Part shown: positions 8,623-17,768 of the stretch, one piece after another | How positions within the stretch are numbered: position 1 is the first letter of the stretch | Layout: every line of letters starts with the position of its first letter | Virus record (IMG/VR): IMGVR_UViG_3300029258_004290 | Location: 1-64,000 of that record | DNA: 64,000 nt | DNA from: a virus | Strand: one strand, 5' to 3' | Notes under the pieces: generated by a model | Database searches by the model: none | What the model saw: the letters and a program-made list of their open reading frames with translations, nothing else | Told to the model about the DNA's origin: nothing | Position numbers and translations under genes: made by a program

Positions 8623-11105
8623 TGCCCCACTGCAACCGGTGCAAGCGGATGGCGAAGGACTGGGCGTCCCTGCCGGACGACGCACGGTGCAACCGCATGA
8701 ACGGGAAGGGGCCGAAGACCGCGAGGGTCATGGTGGTCGCCGAGTACCCGGGCGCCGAGGAGTGCCGGCGTGGCGTGCCGTACGCGGGGCCGGGGGCGAA
8801 GCTGCTCAAGGGCATGCTGCATGAGGCGGGGCTGAGCCTGGCCGACACCCGGCTAGAGCTCGTGGTGCGGTGCAGGCCGAAGCGCGGCCGCAAGCCGACG
8901 CCGACTGAGGTCGGGAACTGCGCGAGCTACCTCCGCAGCCGGATCCGGAAGTGGCATCCCCGCGCGGTCGTCGCCCTGGGCCGGACCGCCTGGAACGCCG
9001 TCACCAACAACCTGGGCAACGTGTCCAGGTGGGAGGGCCGGAAGGTGTGGTCTCGCAGGTTCCGGTGCTGGCTCGTGCCGCTGCGCCACCCGACAGCCCT
9101 ACTTAAGACCGGCAGCGACTGGGAGAGCGACTACGCGGCTAAGGCGATCGCGGAGGCGGTGCGCACGATGGGCGACCCGCCGCCGGGGATGACCACCGTC
9201 GTCCCACACCTTGTGACGTCGGACATCGAGGTGTCGGGTCTGGTGGAGGCGGTGAAGGCCGCTGAGCTGGTGGCGGTCGACACCGAGACGCACAACACCA
9301 ACCCGAGAAGCCGGCTGCTTGGCGTCTCGCTCGCCGTGAACTCTTTCAAGGGCTTCTACCTGCCGGCGCACGTGGTGAAGCGGCACCGCGTCGCGCTCCG
9401 GAAGGCACTGGAGCGGAAGGACGTAGCGATGCATAACTGCGCCTTCGACATGAAGGTGCTCGCGCGGAAGGGTTTCCGGTTCCAGGGGAGGGTGTGGGAC
9501 ACTATGCTGTTGCACCACCTCCTGGATGAGGCGTTCATGGGCGGCCTGAAGGACCTGGCCTGGGCGTTCACCGGGGTCGGCGGGTATGACGACCCGCTCG
9601 AGGACGCGAAGGCCGCGGCGAAGAAGGTGTGGGCGAAGGACGCGAAGGCCGCGGCGAAAGAGGGGCACGACCCACCGGCGGCCTTCGGGTACGGGCACAT
9701 CCCGTCCGGCGTCCTGGCGGAATACGCCGCGGTCGACGCCGCGGTGACATGGGAGCTGGCGCGGGTGTTCACAGGCCGGCTGCGCGCCGAGGAGCCGAAG
9801 GCGTTGCGGCTGTACGAGCAGATCGTGATGCCGGCCAGGCGGGTGCTCAACAAGATGGAGATGCGCGGTGCGCCGATCGACGTCGCCGGCTTCCGGAAGC
9901 TGGACACGAAGTTCGCCGCGGACCTTGAGTACGTCGAGGGCGTCTTGCGGAAGATGGCCAGGCGCCACGGCCTCGAGGACTGGAATATAGACGCGGACGG
10001 CCAGACGGCGGACCTGCTCTACGGCAAGCTGAGGCTTCCGCCGGGGCGCGAGACGAAGACGCGCTACAGCGTCGACAAGGACGAGCTCGAGCGCCTGAAG
10101 GACCGGCACCCGATCCCCGGCCTACTGCAGCTGCACAGGAAGCGGCAGACCTACCACTCGACGTTCATACGCGGGATTCTCGAGCGGCAGGTCGGCGGGC
10201 GTATCCATACGCGGTACCTGTCGAACGGGACGGAGTCGGGGCGGCTGTCGAGCCGCGACCCGAACCTGCAGAACATCCCGCGGGACCGCGACATCCGGAT
10301 GCTGTTCGCCGCACCGGAGGGGCGGGCACTGGTCGAGCGCGACTACTCGCAGATGGAACTGCGGCTGATCGCGCAGAGGTCCGGGGACAAGAAGATGCTC
10401 AGCGTGTTCGCGGAGGGTGGGGACGCGCATCTGGGGACCGCGGTCGTCATGTTTGACAAGCCGGCCGGGAAGATCAGCAAGGAGGAGCGGCGGATCGCCA
10501 AGACCCTCAACTTCAGCATCATCTACGGGAGCGGCATGTACCAGATCGCGGAGCAGGTTGGCTGCACGCCCGACGAGGCGAAGGAGTTCAGGCGGAAGTA
10601 CTTCGAGGAGTTCTCCGGCATCGCGGCGTTCCTGGAGAGGACGCACCGCCGCATCCGAAAGAAGCGGCGGCTGCGGAGCATGTTCGGCCGCGTCAGGCGG
10701 CTGGACAAGGTCGGGTACGACGACGACCTGATCGTCAGGCACGTTCTGCGCGAGGGCGCGAACTTCCTCATCCAGGGACCAGCGGCCGAGTGCACACTGA
10801 TCGCCCTGGCGCGGATCGACGCGCGCCTTGAGAAGGAGCTGCCGACCGCGTTCCCTGTTCTGACGGTGCACGACTGCATCGTCTGCGAGTGCGACGAGGG
10901 CGACGCGGAGGCGGTGTCCGAGATCATGCGCGAGGAGATGGAGCGCCCGATTGAGGGCGTCACCGTCCCCCTGGTAGCGGACGTGGAGATCAATCGGCGA
11001 TGGGGCCACGAGCAGGACAGCCTGGGTGTGGTCTACGCCGACATCGAGGAGGAGGTCCAGAAGGTCCTCTCCAAGTTCAAGAGGAAGCGGAGGAAGACAG
11101 CATGA
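8622..11105 (+). CDS. polA: DNA polymerase family A with N-terminal family-4 uracil-DNA-glycosylase-like domain and 3'-5' exonuclease (SPO1-type)
   Basis: UDG-like AEYPGAEE/CRP/ALGRTA/HP; exonuclease DTET, HNCAFD, YAAVD; polymerase motifs DYSQMELR, AKTLNFSIIYG, TVHD; TGATG coupling to the HNH gene. Confidence 0.92.
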   Translation: MPHCNRCKRMAKDWASLPDDARCNRMNGKGPKTARVMVVAEYPGAEECRRGVPYAGPGAKLLKGMLHEAGLSLADTRLELVVRCRPKRGRKPTPTEVGNCASYLRSRIRKWHPRAVVALGRTAWNAVTNNLGNVSRWEGRKVWSRRFRCWLVPLRHPTALLKTGSDWESDYAAKAIAEAVRTMGDPPPGMTTVVPHLVTSDIEVSGLVEAVKAAELVAVDTETHNTNPRSRLLGVSLAVNSFKGFYLPAHVVKRHRVALRKALERKDVAMHNCAFDMKVLARKGFRFQGRVWDTMLLHHLLDEAFMGGLKDLAWAFTGVGGYDDPLEDAKAAAKKVWAKDAKAAAKEGHDPPAAFGYGHIPSGVLAEYAAVDAAVTWELARVFTGRLRAEEPKALRLYEQIVMPARRVLNKMEMRGAPIDVAGFRKLDTKFAADLEYVEGVLRKMARRHGLEDWNIDADGQTADLLYGKLRLPPGRETKTRYSVDKDELERLKDRHPIPGLLQLHRKRQTYHSTFIRGILERQVGGRIHTRYLSNGTESGRLSSRDPNLQNIPRDRDIRMLFAAPEGRALVERDYSQMELRLIAQRSGDKKMLSVFAEGGDAHLGTAVVMFDKPAGKISKEERRIAKTLNFSIIYGSGMYQIAEQVGCTPDEAKEFRRKYFEEFSGIAAFLERTHRRIRKKRRLRSMFGRVRRLDKVGYDDDLIVRHVLREGANFLIQGPAAECTLIALARIDARLEKELPTAFPVLTVHDCIVCECDEGDAEAVSEIMREEMERPIEGVTVPLVADVEINRRWGHEQDSLGVVYADIEEEVQKVLSKFKRKRRKTA

Positions 11106-11836
11106 GTCGGTTCGAGGAGGTCCGGGTCAAGGACATTACCACTCGCCTGGTCGGGGAGGGCGCGTTCGCGGGGGCACCGGCGGTGTACGTCAGGTTCGCT
11201 CACTGCAACAGGAAGTGTCCGTGGTGTTACGAGCGCGGGCGGTGCATCGAGGGCGGGGAATGCTCGACGGACTTCGTCGTCGGGCCCGGTCGGCAGACGG
11301 TGTCTGACGTCGTCGGGGAGATCCGCCGGCGCTCGTCCATGGTTCCGGTCAGGCCGCTCGTCGTCCTGTCGGGCGGGGAGCCGGCGCGGGTCGATGGGCG
11401 CGTGATGGACCCACTGCTGCACGAGTTGACGGGCGCGGGCTACCGGATCCACCTCGAGACCAACGGGTCGCTCGAGCAGCCGTGGCTCCGGGGCGTCACG
11501 CACATCTCCCTGGCCCCGGTCATCTCGACGACCGCGGACGCGGAGGAGACCTGGCGCCAGGACGTGTCGACGGCCCTGGGCATCTTGGAGCGTGCGCGGT
11601 CGGCCGAGCTCAAGGTAGTCGTCGACCTGCGCAAGAAGGAGGACATCTCCAGGGCCGAACACCTCCTGTCGGGGGTCGAGGGGCGGCTGCGCTACCCGGT
11701 GACCCTGCAGCCGATCCTGGTCGAGATGGACTACGCCATGGCCGGCGTCGACGAGTTCATGGGGGCGAGGCACAAGCTGGGCAGGGTCTGGTCGAGGAGG
11801 CCGCTCCGTATCGCGCCGCCGTCCCCCCGGCCGTAG
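11102..11836 (+). CDS. QueE-like radical SAM enzyme (divergent)
   Basis: GEGAFAGAPAVYVRFAHCNRKCPWC (CxxxCxxC), VVLSGGEP, IHLETNGS. Confidence 0.75.
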   Translation: MSRFEEVRVKDITTRLVGEGAFAGAPAVYVRFAHCNRKCPWCYERGRCIEGGECSTDFVVGPGRQTVSDVVGEIRRRSSMVPVRPLVVLSGGEPARVDGRVMDPLLHELTGAGYRIHLETNGSLEQPWLRGVTHISLAPVISTTADAEETWRQDVSTALGILERARSAELKVVVDLRKKEDISRAEHLLSGVEGRLRYPVTLQPILVEMDYAMAGVDEFMGARHKLGRVWSRRPLRIAPPSPRP

Positions 11837-11862
11837 GGCCGGATGACTGGGAGGGGAGCGTG

Positions 11863-12363
11863 ATGGCGAGGGCGTACTACGCCGCGGAGTTGAGGGCGTG
11901 GTCGGCCAGAGCAACCGCGGCGGCGGCGGTGCGCAGGTGCCCGGGGGGTGCGGAACTCCTGGTGCCGACGCAGACGATCATCGAGGACGGGAGGCAGAAG
12001 ACGGTGCCGGCGCTATACGGGTACGCGTTCGTCGCCGTCGACGACCCGGGCCAGGAGGCCTTGGAGTTCCTTCGCCGCGACGACGTCACGACGCAGGTCC
12101 TGACGATGCTCGAGGGCGCGACGGCGCCCCTGGGCGAGGAGGACACGGCCTGGGTGTGCGACCTGCTCCGGTACGGGGCCGACATGGTGCTCAAGCGCCT
12201 CGAGCCGCGGCTGGCCGCCGGCGACATGGTGCGCGTGACGCGGGGGCCGTTCGCCGGCTTCGACGGGGCGATCACGGGCAAGGCCAGGAAGGGAAGGATC
12301 AGCATCAGGCTCGGGTCGCTGGACCTGACCGCACCTAGGAACGCGGTGGAGAAGCTCGGTTGA
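11863..12363 (+). CDS. NusG/RfaH-family transcription elongation factor
   Basis: NGN-like LLVPT...PALYGYAFV; C-terminal KOW GDMVRVTRGPFAGFDGAI. Confidence 0.8.
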   Translation: MARAYYAAELRAWSARATAAAAVRRCPGGAELLVPTQTIIEDGRQKTVPALYGYAFVAVDDPGQEALEFLRRDDVTTQVLTMLEGATAPLGEEDTAWVCDLLRYGADMVLKRLEPRLAAGDMVRVTRGPFAGFDGAITGKARKGRISIRLGSLDLTAPRNAVEKLG

Positions 12364-12953
12364 GGCTGCAGCGCTACTGGGAGGGCGTGACCCGCGAGCA
12401 CCCGAGTTCGGAGGTCCTGTGGGAGGAGCACCGGCTCGCGCGCATCAGGTACAGGGGGAAGCTCCGTATCGCGCGGATCCTGATCGAGCGGTTCTTCGTC
12501 GGCCGGGATCGGGAGCTTCTCACGCTGGTGCAGACCTCCGCGACGCCGGTCGAGGACGCGATGGCGATCTACGGCGTCAGCCACGTCGTGGTCTACAGGC
12601 AGCTGAACTACTTGAGCCGCGTCCTGGCGGAGTACGTCGACTACTTCCAGAAGCGCACCCATCGGGCGGCTGACCTGGCGATGCGCCAGGCTCTGTCCAG
12701 GACGAACTACGGGGTCTTCAAGCGGTACGTCCGCTGCAGGGACCCGGAGCTCGTCGCGGCGTCGCTCGGGATCACCGGCGACATGGCCCGGTACCGCGTT
12801 CGCCGGATCGACAAGACGATGAAGGCCCTGGTCGCGGTGCCGGCGGTCTTCGACCTCTTCGTGCTTTGGAGGAGGGTGAAGAAGATCCGCCGCACGTTCT
12901 ACGGCGGCGACAAGCGGCTCCTGAAGGGGCCTGAACTGGGTAAGGAGGAGTGA
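12360..12953 (+). CDS. hypothetical protein with HTH-like segments
   Basis: PELVAASLGITGDMARYRVRRI; TTG start coupled to the upstream stop. Confidence 0.5.
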   Translation: MRLQRYWEGVTREHPSSEVLWEEHRLARIRYRGKLRIARILIERFFVGRDRELLTLVQTSATPVEDAMAIYGVSHVVVYRQLNYLSRVLAEYVDYFQKRTHRAADLAMRQALSRTNYGVFKRYVRCRDPELVAASLGITGDMARYRVRRIDKTMKALVAVPAVFDLFVLWRRVKKIRRTFYGGDKRLLKGPELGKEE

Positions 12954-13378
12954 TGGATGCTGAGAGAACCGTCGGCGAGGTGTTCGACGAGGCGCTGAAG
13001 GCCGACCTGGACAAGGTGACGCCCGAGGCGAACGCGCTGCGCGTGGCGAAGGAGCTGCACGTGCCGGTCGACGCACTGGCCGCGGCGGAGACGCAGATGA
13101 AGCTCGATATGGCGAAGCTGCGCGGGGAGATCGAGCGGGAGCTGAAGCCGCTCTTCAACAAGTACAAGAACCGCCGGCTGAAGGGGCGCCAGCTGAAGAA
13201 GCTCCTGACCGCGGTCATGGCTGTGTTCCTCCGGCGGGGCATCGACCGGAACATGGCGCTGACGGTGGCGCGCGCGACGATCCTGCACTCGGCGCCGTCG
13301 CACAACATCACGGTCGTCCCGGTCGAGGCCGCGAAAGGAGAGGGAGATGCCGAGCCTGAAGAAGACGGGCAGCGGTAG
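12953..13378 (+). CDS. hypothetical protein
   Basis: AAGGAGGAG SD, TGATG coupling. Confidence 0.65.
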   Translation: MDAERTVGEVFDEALKADLDKVTPEANALRVAKELHVPVDALAAAETQMKLDMAKLRGEIERELKPLFNKYKNRRLKGRQLKKLLTAVMAVFLRRGIDRNMALTVARATILHSAPSHNITVVPVEAAKGEGDAEPEEDGQR

Positions 13379-14276
13379 GTACGGGGCGGTCGTCGTCGAT
13401 GGGACGAACTTCGCGTTCCGGTACGAGCGTCCGCCCTTCAAGACCTTCAAGACCCGGGACGGCCGGCCGACGGGCGTCGTCTACGGCATGCTCCGCGGCC
13501 TGATGGCCCTGCGCCGGGATTTCCTCACGCCGGGCGGGATGCTGATCTGCTGCTGGGACAGCAAGACGAACGTGCGGAAGAGCGCCTCCGCGAGGTACAA
13601 GGCCCACCGTTCGAAGGAGGGCAAGGAGCACGTCTACGCTCAGGTCGAGTTGCTGCAGGGGGCGGTACCGGCCATTGGGCTCGGCATGAGCGCCATAGCG
13701 GAGGGGTACGAGGCGGACGACGTCGCGTACACTATCGCGGCCGCGACCGTCGGGGAGCGGGCATCGTCCCGCGCGTCGTGGCACGCGAAGCGGGCCCTGT
13801 GCGTGAGCGACGACCACGATTGGCAGCAGTTGGTTGGGGGGCGCGTGCATCTGTGGAAGCCGCGGAAGAAGGAGCTGCAGACCGAGCCGCTCGACTACAG
13901 CTTCGAGGTGTTCCACTCCTTGCGCGGCGACCCGTCGGATGGGGTGCTGGTACCGTCCAGGAGGATCAACGACGCCGCGGCCCTAGACCTGGCGACGAAG
14001 TACCCGACGGTCCGCGCCATGTACGAGGCGGTCGTCGCCGGCGTGCCGGTCGGGCCGCCGAAGGTGGTGGAGGAGCTGCGGAAGCACAGGCGGCTGATCC
14101 TCCAAAACCGGGACTTGGTGCAGCTGCGCACGGTGGAGGAACGCGTCTTCGCCGTCGACTATCCGATCACTCACCAGGACACGCGACAGGAGAACGCGGA
14201 CGTGCTGTTCGATGAGCTCGAGTTCGGGGACAAGCTGCGAAAGGAGTGGGCGGCGTGCGTCGAGTCAGGGTCGTAG
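13347..14276 (+). CDS. 5'-3' exonuclease / flap endonuclease (T4 RNase H-like)
   Basis: VVDGTNFAFR, WD, YKAHR, GYEADD, SDDHDWQQLV, LRGDPSD. Confidence 0.9.
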   Translation: MPSLKKTGSGRYGAVVVDGTNFAFRYERPPFKTFKTRDGRPTGVVYGMLRGLMALRRDFLTPGGMLICCWDSKTNVRKSASARYKAHRSKEGKEHVYAQVELLQGAVPAIGLGMSAIAEGYEADDVAYTIAAATVGERASSRASWHAKRALCVSDDHDWQQLVGGRVHLWKPRKKELQTEPLDYSFEVFHSLRGDPSDGVLVPSRRINDAAALDLATKYPTVRAMYEAVVAGVPVGPPKVVEELRKHRRLILQNRDLVQLRTVEERVFAVDYPITHQDTRQENADVLFDELEFGDKLRKEWAACVESGS

Positions 14277-14779
14277 GCATCGACCCGTCGCTGACAGCGT
14301 CCGCGTTCGTCACCCTGGTGGACTCGCGGCTCGAGAGCGCAGTGAAGCGCGCCGCGCCCAGGGACTGGCGCAAGGGGCCGAATAGGTTCCGGGGCTATGA
14401 CGCCCTGTTGCGGGGGATTAGGTGGCGGGACGCGGCGCTGATCGTGGTCGAGGGCTACAGCATGCGGAGCAGCGGGAACGCCCTGACCAGGCTCGCGGAG
14501 CTCGGCGCCTGGATGCGCCAGCGGTGGTGGAGGGCCGGCGTGCCGTTCACGGAAGTGGCACCGGTCACGCTGAAGGCGTGGGTGACCGACGGCCTCTCCC
14601 AGGCGGACAAGATGCGGGTGCGCGAGCACGCAGCGGCCAGGTGGTCTGGGGTCGACGACTCCTGGGACGACAACCTGGTGGACGCGTACAGCCTTGCCCG
14701 GATGGGCACGGCGATACTCAAGGGAAGCAAGGATCGGCGGCTGGGCAGGCTGCAGGTCGTGCGACGGGAGGGGACATGA
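14255..14779 (+). CDS. RuvC-like Holliday junction resolvase
   Basis: VVGIDPSLTASA, IVVEGYS, LAELG, VAPVTLK, ADK, DNLVDAY. Confidence 0.85.
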   Translation: MRRVRVVGIDPSLTASAFVTLVDSRLESAVKRAAPRDWRKGPNRFRGYDALLRGIRWRDAALIVVEGYSMRSSGNALTRLAELGAWMRQRWWRAGVPFTEVAPVTLKAWVTDGLSQADKMRVREHAAARWSGVDDSWDDNLVDAYSLARMGTAILKGSKDRRLGRLQVVRREGT

Positions 14780-15480
14780 CCACGGAACACGAGCACAGGA
14801 GGAGGCATTGGTGGAGCCGCGCGCGCTGGCGCGCGACGGCGCTGACGGTAACGGCAGTCGCTGGGGTATGGTCGGTGCTGGGCACCCAGGCGGCTTACCA
14901 ATGGGCGAAACTGCGGTGGCACTTGCCGGAGAGGGAGAGGTTCGCCGTGAAGTGCGTTCACGCGGACCTGCCGCTGGCGGTCCTGGGCGAGATCAAGAAG
15001 ACTGAGTTCTCGGTCGCACAGGTCCTGGCGCTCGGCTGCGTGGAGAGCATGGGCTACGCCGAGGCCCAGAACGACGCGAAGAGCCCCACGTGTTTCGGCT
15101 GGCTGCAAGTACACCAGCGGCACGCGTGGCAACGGAAGATGGCGGTCCGCGATCTCTTCAACCCGGTCGTGTGCACCCGCGTGGCGCTCGAGGTGCTCTC
15201 CGAGCTGAAAGCCCAGTACGAGAAGCAGTACCAGGAGCAGGGCCCCGACGGCGAGATGCGGCCATGCGACGTGGAGTATTACTACATTAGCGCCTACAAC
15301 TGCGGGACTAAGAAGTGGGACCAGTACCTCCGGAAGGGGAACAGAGACCTGATACCCGATGAGACCGAGAAGCACTGGCAGCGGTACCAGCGGGTGAAGC
15401 GGCGGCTCGAGGTGCTCTTCGAACTCGGCGACTGGGTTGACACGCCCCTGGCCGATTGGAAGAACAAGCACGCGCTTTGA
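14776..15480 (+). CDS. lytic transglycosylase (SLT fold) with N-terminal membrane anchor; possible endolysin
   Basis: Catalytic VES, GWLQV (GLMQ-like), DLFNP, SAYNCG, ETEKH; basic then hydrophobic N-terminus. Confidence 0.8.
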   Translation: MTTEHEHRRRHWWSRARWRATALTVTAVAGVWSVLGTQAAYQWAKLRWHLPERERFAVKCVHADLPLAVLGEIKKTEFSVAQVLALGCVESMGYAEAQNDAKSPTCFGWLQVHQRHAWQRKMAVRDLFNPVVCTRVALEVLSELKAQYEKQYQEQGPDGEMRPCDVEYYYISAYNCGTKKWDQYLRKGNRDLIPDETEKHWQRYQRVKRRLEVLFELGDWVDTPLADWKNKHAL

Positions 15481-15506
15481 GGCGTGTATGCACAGCGCGT
15501 CGGGCT

Positions 15507-15523
15507 TGTATAATAAGGTAAGG
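15507..15523 (+). promoter_or_regulatory. putative sigma70-type -10 element (TGTATAATAAGGTAAGG)
   Basis: Perfect TATAAT at 15509-15514 in an intergenic gap of a GC-rich genome; no clear -35. Confidence 0.5.
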
Positions 15524-15525
15524 CT

Positions 15526-16071
15526 ATGATGAGGATCACGAGTAAGCGGAAGTGGTACGAGGTCGACGCGACCGGGCTGTTCAACCGGCCCCGACTGCAC
15601 ACGTGGCGGGAGTTCAAGGCGCTTCGCGGCAAGGACTGCGACGCCAAGCGGGGCTTCGGCGTCCGCTGGCTCGAGCCCGGACACGAGTGGTTAGGCGTGA
15701 TGACCTGGCACCAGGCGGTCTTCGTCCTGCTGGCGGGTATCAGGCTGGGGCACTACGCACCTGGGGACTTCCTGGTCTCGGAGTGCACGCCGATCGGCAG
15801 CCTGGTCGTGCAGGGTGAGGCGGCCTGGGTCGGCGGGCTCTTCCAATGTATTGCGTCGACTGTCAAGTTGCCCATGCGAGAGGCGTTCAAGCTCGGGACA
15901 TTCCAGGCGACGCGTGCGTGGCTTCGCGCGGCGATGGGGGGCGAGGACTACGGGAGGCTGATGGAGACGCTCGAGCAGTGGCCCGGGCACGCGGTGGAGT
16001 TCACGCTCTTCAATGAGCGGGTCGGTATACACCGCGAGCGGCTCGTCGTCTGGGAGGTCAGGTGCTACTGA
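15526..16071 (+). CDS. hypothetical protein
   Basis: ORF behind the promoter-like site; ends GLFN...VEF...VWEVRCY. Confidence 0.65.
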   Translation: MMRITSKRKWYEVDATGLFNRPRLHTWREFKALRGKDCDAKRGFGVRWLEPGHEWLGVMTWHQAVFVLLAGIRLGHYAPGDFLVSECTPIGSLVVQGEAAWVGGLFQCIASTVKLPMREAFKLGTFQATRAWLRAAMGGEDYGRLMETLEQWPGHAVEFTLFNERVGIHRERLVVWEVRCY

Positions 16072-16213
16072 AGAAGGGACACGGCGGGGAGGCGTCCGCC
16101 TCCGGGGGCGCGGTAGGGCGCCGAGGGAGGGCTCGCTCGGCGGCGCCCCCCGCCGACATCCCCCAGCGGACAGGCGACGAGGGGCGCCTGTCCGCGCTGG
16201 GAGGGGGACACTG

Positions 16214-16444
16214 ATGTTCGGATACGAGGAGCGGCCGGCCAGGCAGATCGAGCCGAGCCTGTACTTCGTGTTCCACCTCTGCGAAGGGTGCGGCCTCGCG
16301 GTCCCGCGCTTCATGCTCGAGGGCGTCGTCGACGTCATCGAGTGCCCGAGGTGCGGCGCGCGCCGGCGCTTCGCGGCCCTTTGCGGGCACGTGGGCTTCG
16401 TGGAGGTGCACGGCCCGACGAAGGCATGGAAAAAGGATGCCTAA
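16214..16444 (+). CDS. small zinc-ribbon protein
   Basis: CEGC...CPRC; GGAGGGGG SD. Confidence 0.6.
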   Translation: MFGYEERPARQIEPSLYFVFHLCEGCGLAVPRFMLEGVVDVIECPRCGARRRFAALCGHVGFVEVHGPTKAWKKDA

Positions 16445-17102
16445 CCTGCACGAGTTCTACCGGCGAATGTGCGGGCCGCAGCGGTGGTATCCCGGCCAAG
16501 GGGACCCCGTCGAGGGCGAGGAGATGTTCGAGAAGCGGGTAGGCTGGAAGCCGAATCCGGGAGAATCCGCGGCCTCCCTGCGTCGGTGGGCGCACGGCGC
16601 GGGCCTGGAATTGATCGAGCCGACGCCTGACGAGCGGGTCGAGCTCCTGACATCGGGCCACCACACGCGGTGCCCGGCGTGCGGCCTGGTGCAAGACCTC
16701 TCCTTCCTTCAGGTGTACCTGCGAGACAGAGAGCCGTCGCTCGACGCGTGCAGCCGCATCAGCGTCTACTGCGGGAGGTGCCAGCTCAAGACGGAGTACG
16801 AGAGGTTCCAGCAGCGGCGGTGGGTCCGGGGACAGGACATCTGCACAACCGAGTGCGGGAGGCCGGACTCGACGAGCCTCTACGCCTGGGCCACCCGCGC
16901 GTGCCGCGGCCATATCGCCGCGGCGCTCGGGGACAGGTACGCGACGTGCGCACTGTGCGGAACGGTCTGGGCGCTGATCTGGGGGAAAGGTCGCTTCGCC
17001 GCTTCCGTGGTCGGAAAAGTGGCTGTCGAGGAGAAGGACCTTAACGGCATCGCGACCGTGAGCGTCGGGGGAGAGGCAAGGGAATGGCGGTCCGGTGGGT
17101 GA
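16437..17102 (+). CDS. Cys-rich hypothetical protein
   Basis: CPAC, CGRC and CALC pairs. Confidence 0.6.
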   Translation: MPNLHEFYRRMCGPQRWYPGQGDPVEGEEMFEKRVGWKPNPGESAASLRRWAHGAGLELIEPTPDERVELLTSGHHTRCPACGLVQDLSFLQVYLRDREPSLDACSRISVYCGRCQLKTEYERFQQRRWVRGQDICTTECGRPDSTSLYAWATRACRGHIAAALGDRYATCALCGTVWALIWGKGRFAASVVGKVAVEEKDLNGIATVSVGGEAREWRSGG

Positions 17103-17236
17103 AGCGGGAGTTCTTCAGCTCGCTCACGAAGCACACGTGGGTGTGGGTGATACAGAGGGGAGATCGGGAGCAGAACCGGCAGATGGCCTACGCGGCCATT
17201 TTCGCGCAGAACGAGAGGGAGAGAAGGAAGAACTGA
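17084..17236 (+). CDS. small hypothetical protein (50 aa, not in the ORF track)
   Basis: MAVRWVKREFFSSLTKHTWVWVIQRG...RKN*; GGAGAGG SD; TGATG coupling to the next ORF. Confidence 0.5.
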   Translation: MAVRWVKREFFSSLTKHTWVWVIQRGDREQNRQMAYAAIFAQNERERRKN

Positions 17237-17538
17237 TGGGAACGAAGTTCGAGACGTGGATCGAGCCGGGCGACAAGGCCTGGGCCGTGGTGAGGCGCGC
17301 CCCCGGGGGCCGCGCGTCGACGCGGTGGGACGTCCTGCGTGTGAGGGTCGAGGTCGTTGAGGCGATCGCCGGCGTGCAGATCGAGCCGGCGTTGACGGCC
17401 CGGGTGGCGGAGCTGGCCAAGCAGGGGGTGCGCGGCAAGCTCGTCGCGTTGAGCGGGACCTACATCGTCCCGGCGAGCCAGGTGCTCAGGACCAAGAAGG
17501 AGGCGGACGAGTGGCTGCGAAGACGACGGCGCCAGTAG
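17236..17538 (+). CDS. hypothetical protein
   Basis: MGTKFETWIEPGDKAW...; coupled start. Confidence 0.6.
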   Translation: MGTKFETWIEPGDKAWAVVRRAPGGRASTRWDVLRVRVEVVEAIAGVQIEPALTARVAELAKQGVRGKLVALSGTYIVPASQVLRTKKEADEWLRRRRRQ

Positions 17539-17768
17539 CCCCGGTGCGCGGGGACATCGCGGAGAAGGTCGCGGAGGCCCTGCGCTCGGCCCAGGAGAAG
17601 GCCGGCATCTCCAGGTCGGAGCTAGCCAGGCGCGCCGGCAAGAGGCCCGGGTACGTGACCAACCTCATGCGGGGCCAGGTCAACCCCACGGTCCTGACGG
17701 TGGCGCAGCTCGCCCACGCGATGGACTGCGAGCTCTGGATCCTCCTGGCGCCGAGGCGGGCCGGGTGA
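17511..17768 (+). CDS. XRE-family helix-turn-helix regulator
   Basis: GISRSELARRAGKRPGYVTNLMRGQVNPTVLTVAQLAHAM. Confidence 0.85.
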   Translation: MAAKTTAPVAPVRGDIAEKVAEALRSAQEKAGISRSELARRAGKRPGYVTNLMRGQVNPTVLTVAQLAHAMDCELWILLAPRRAG

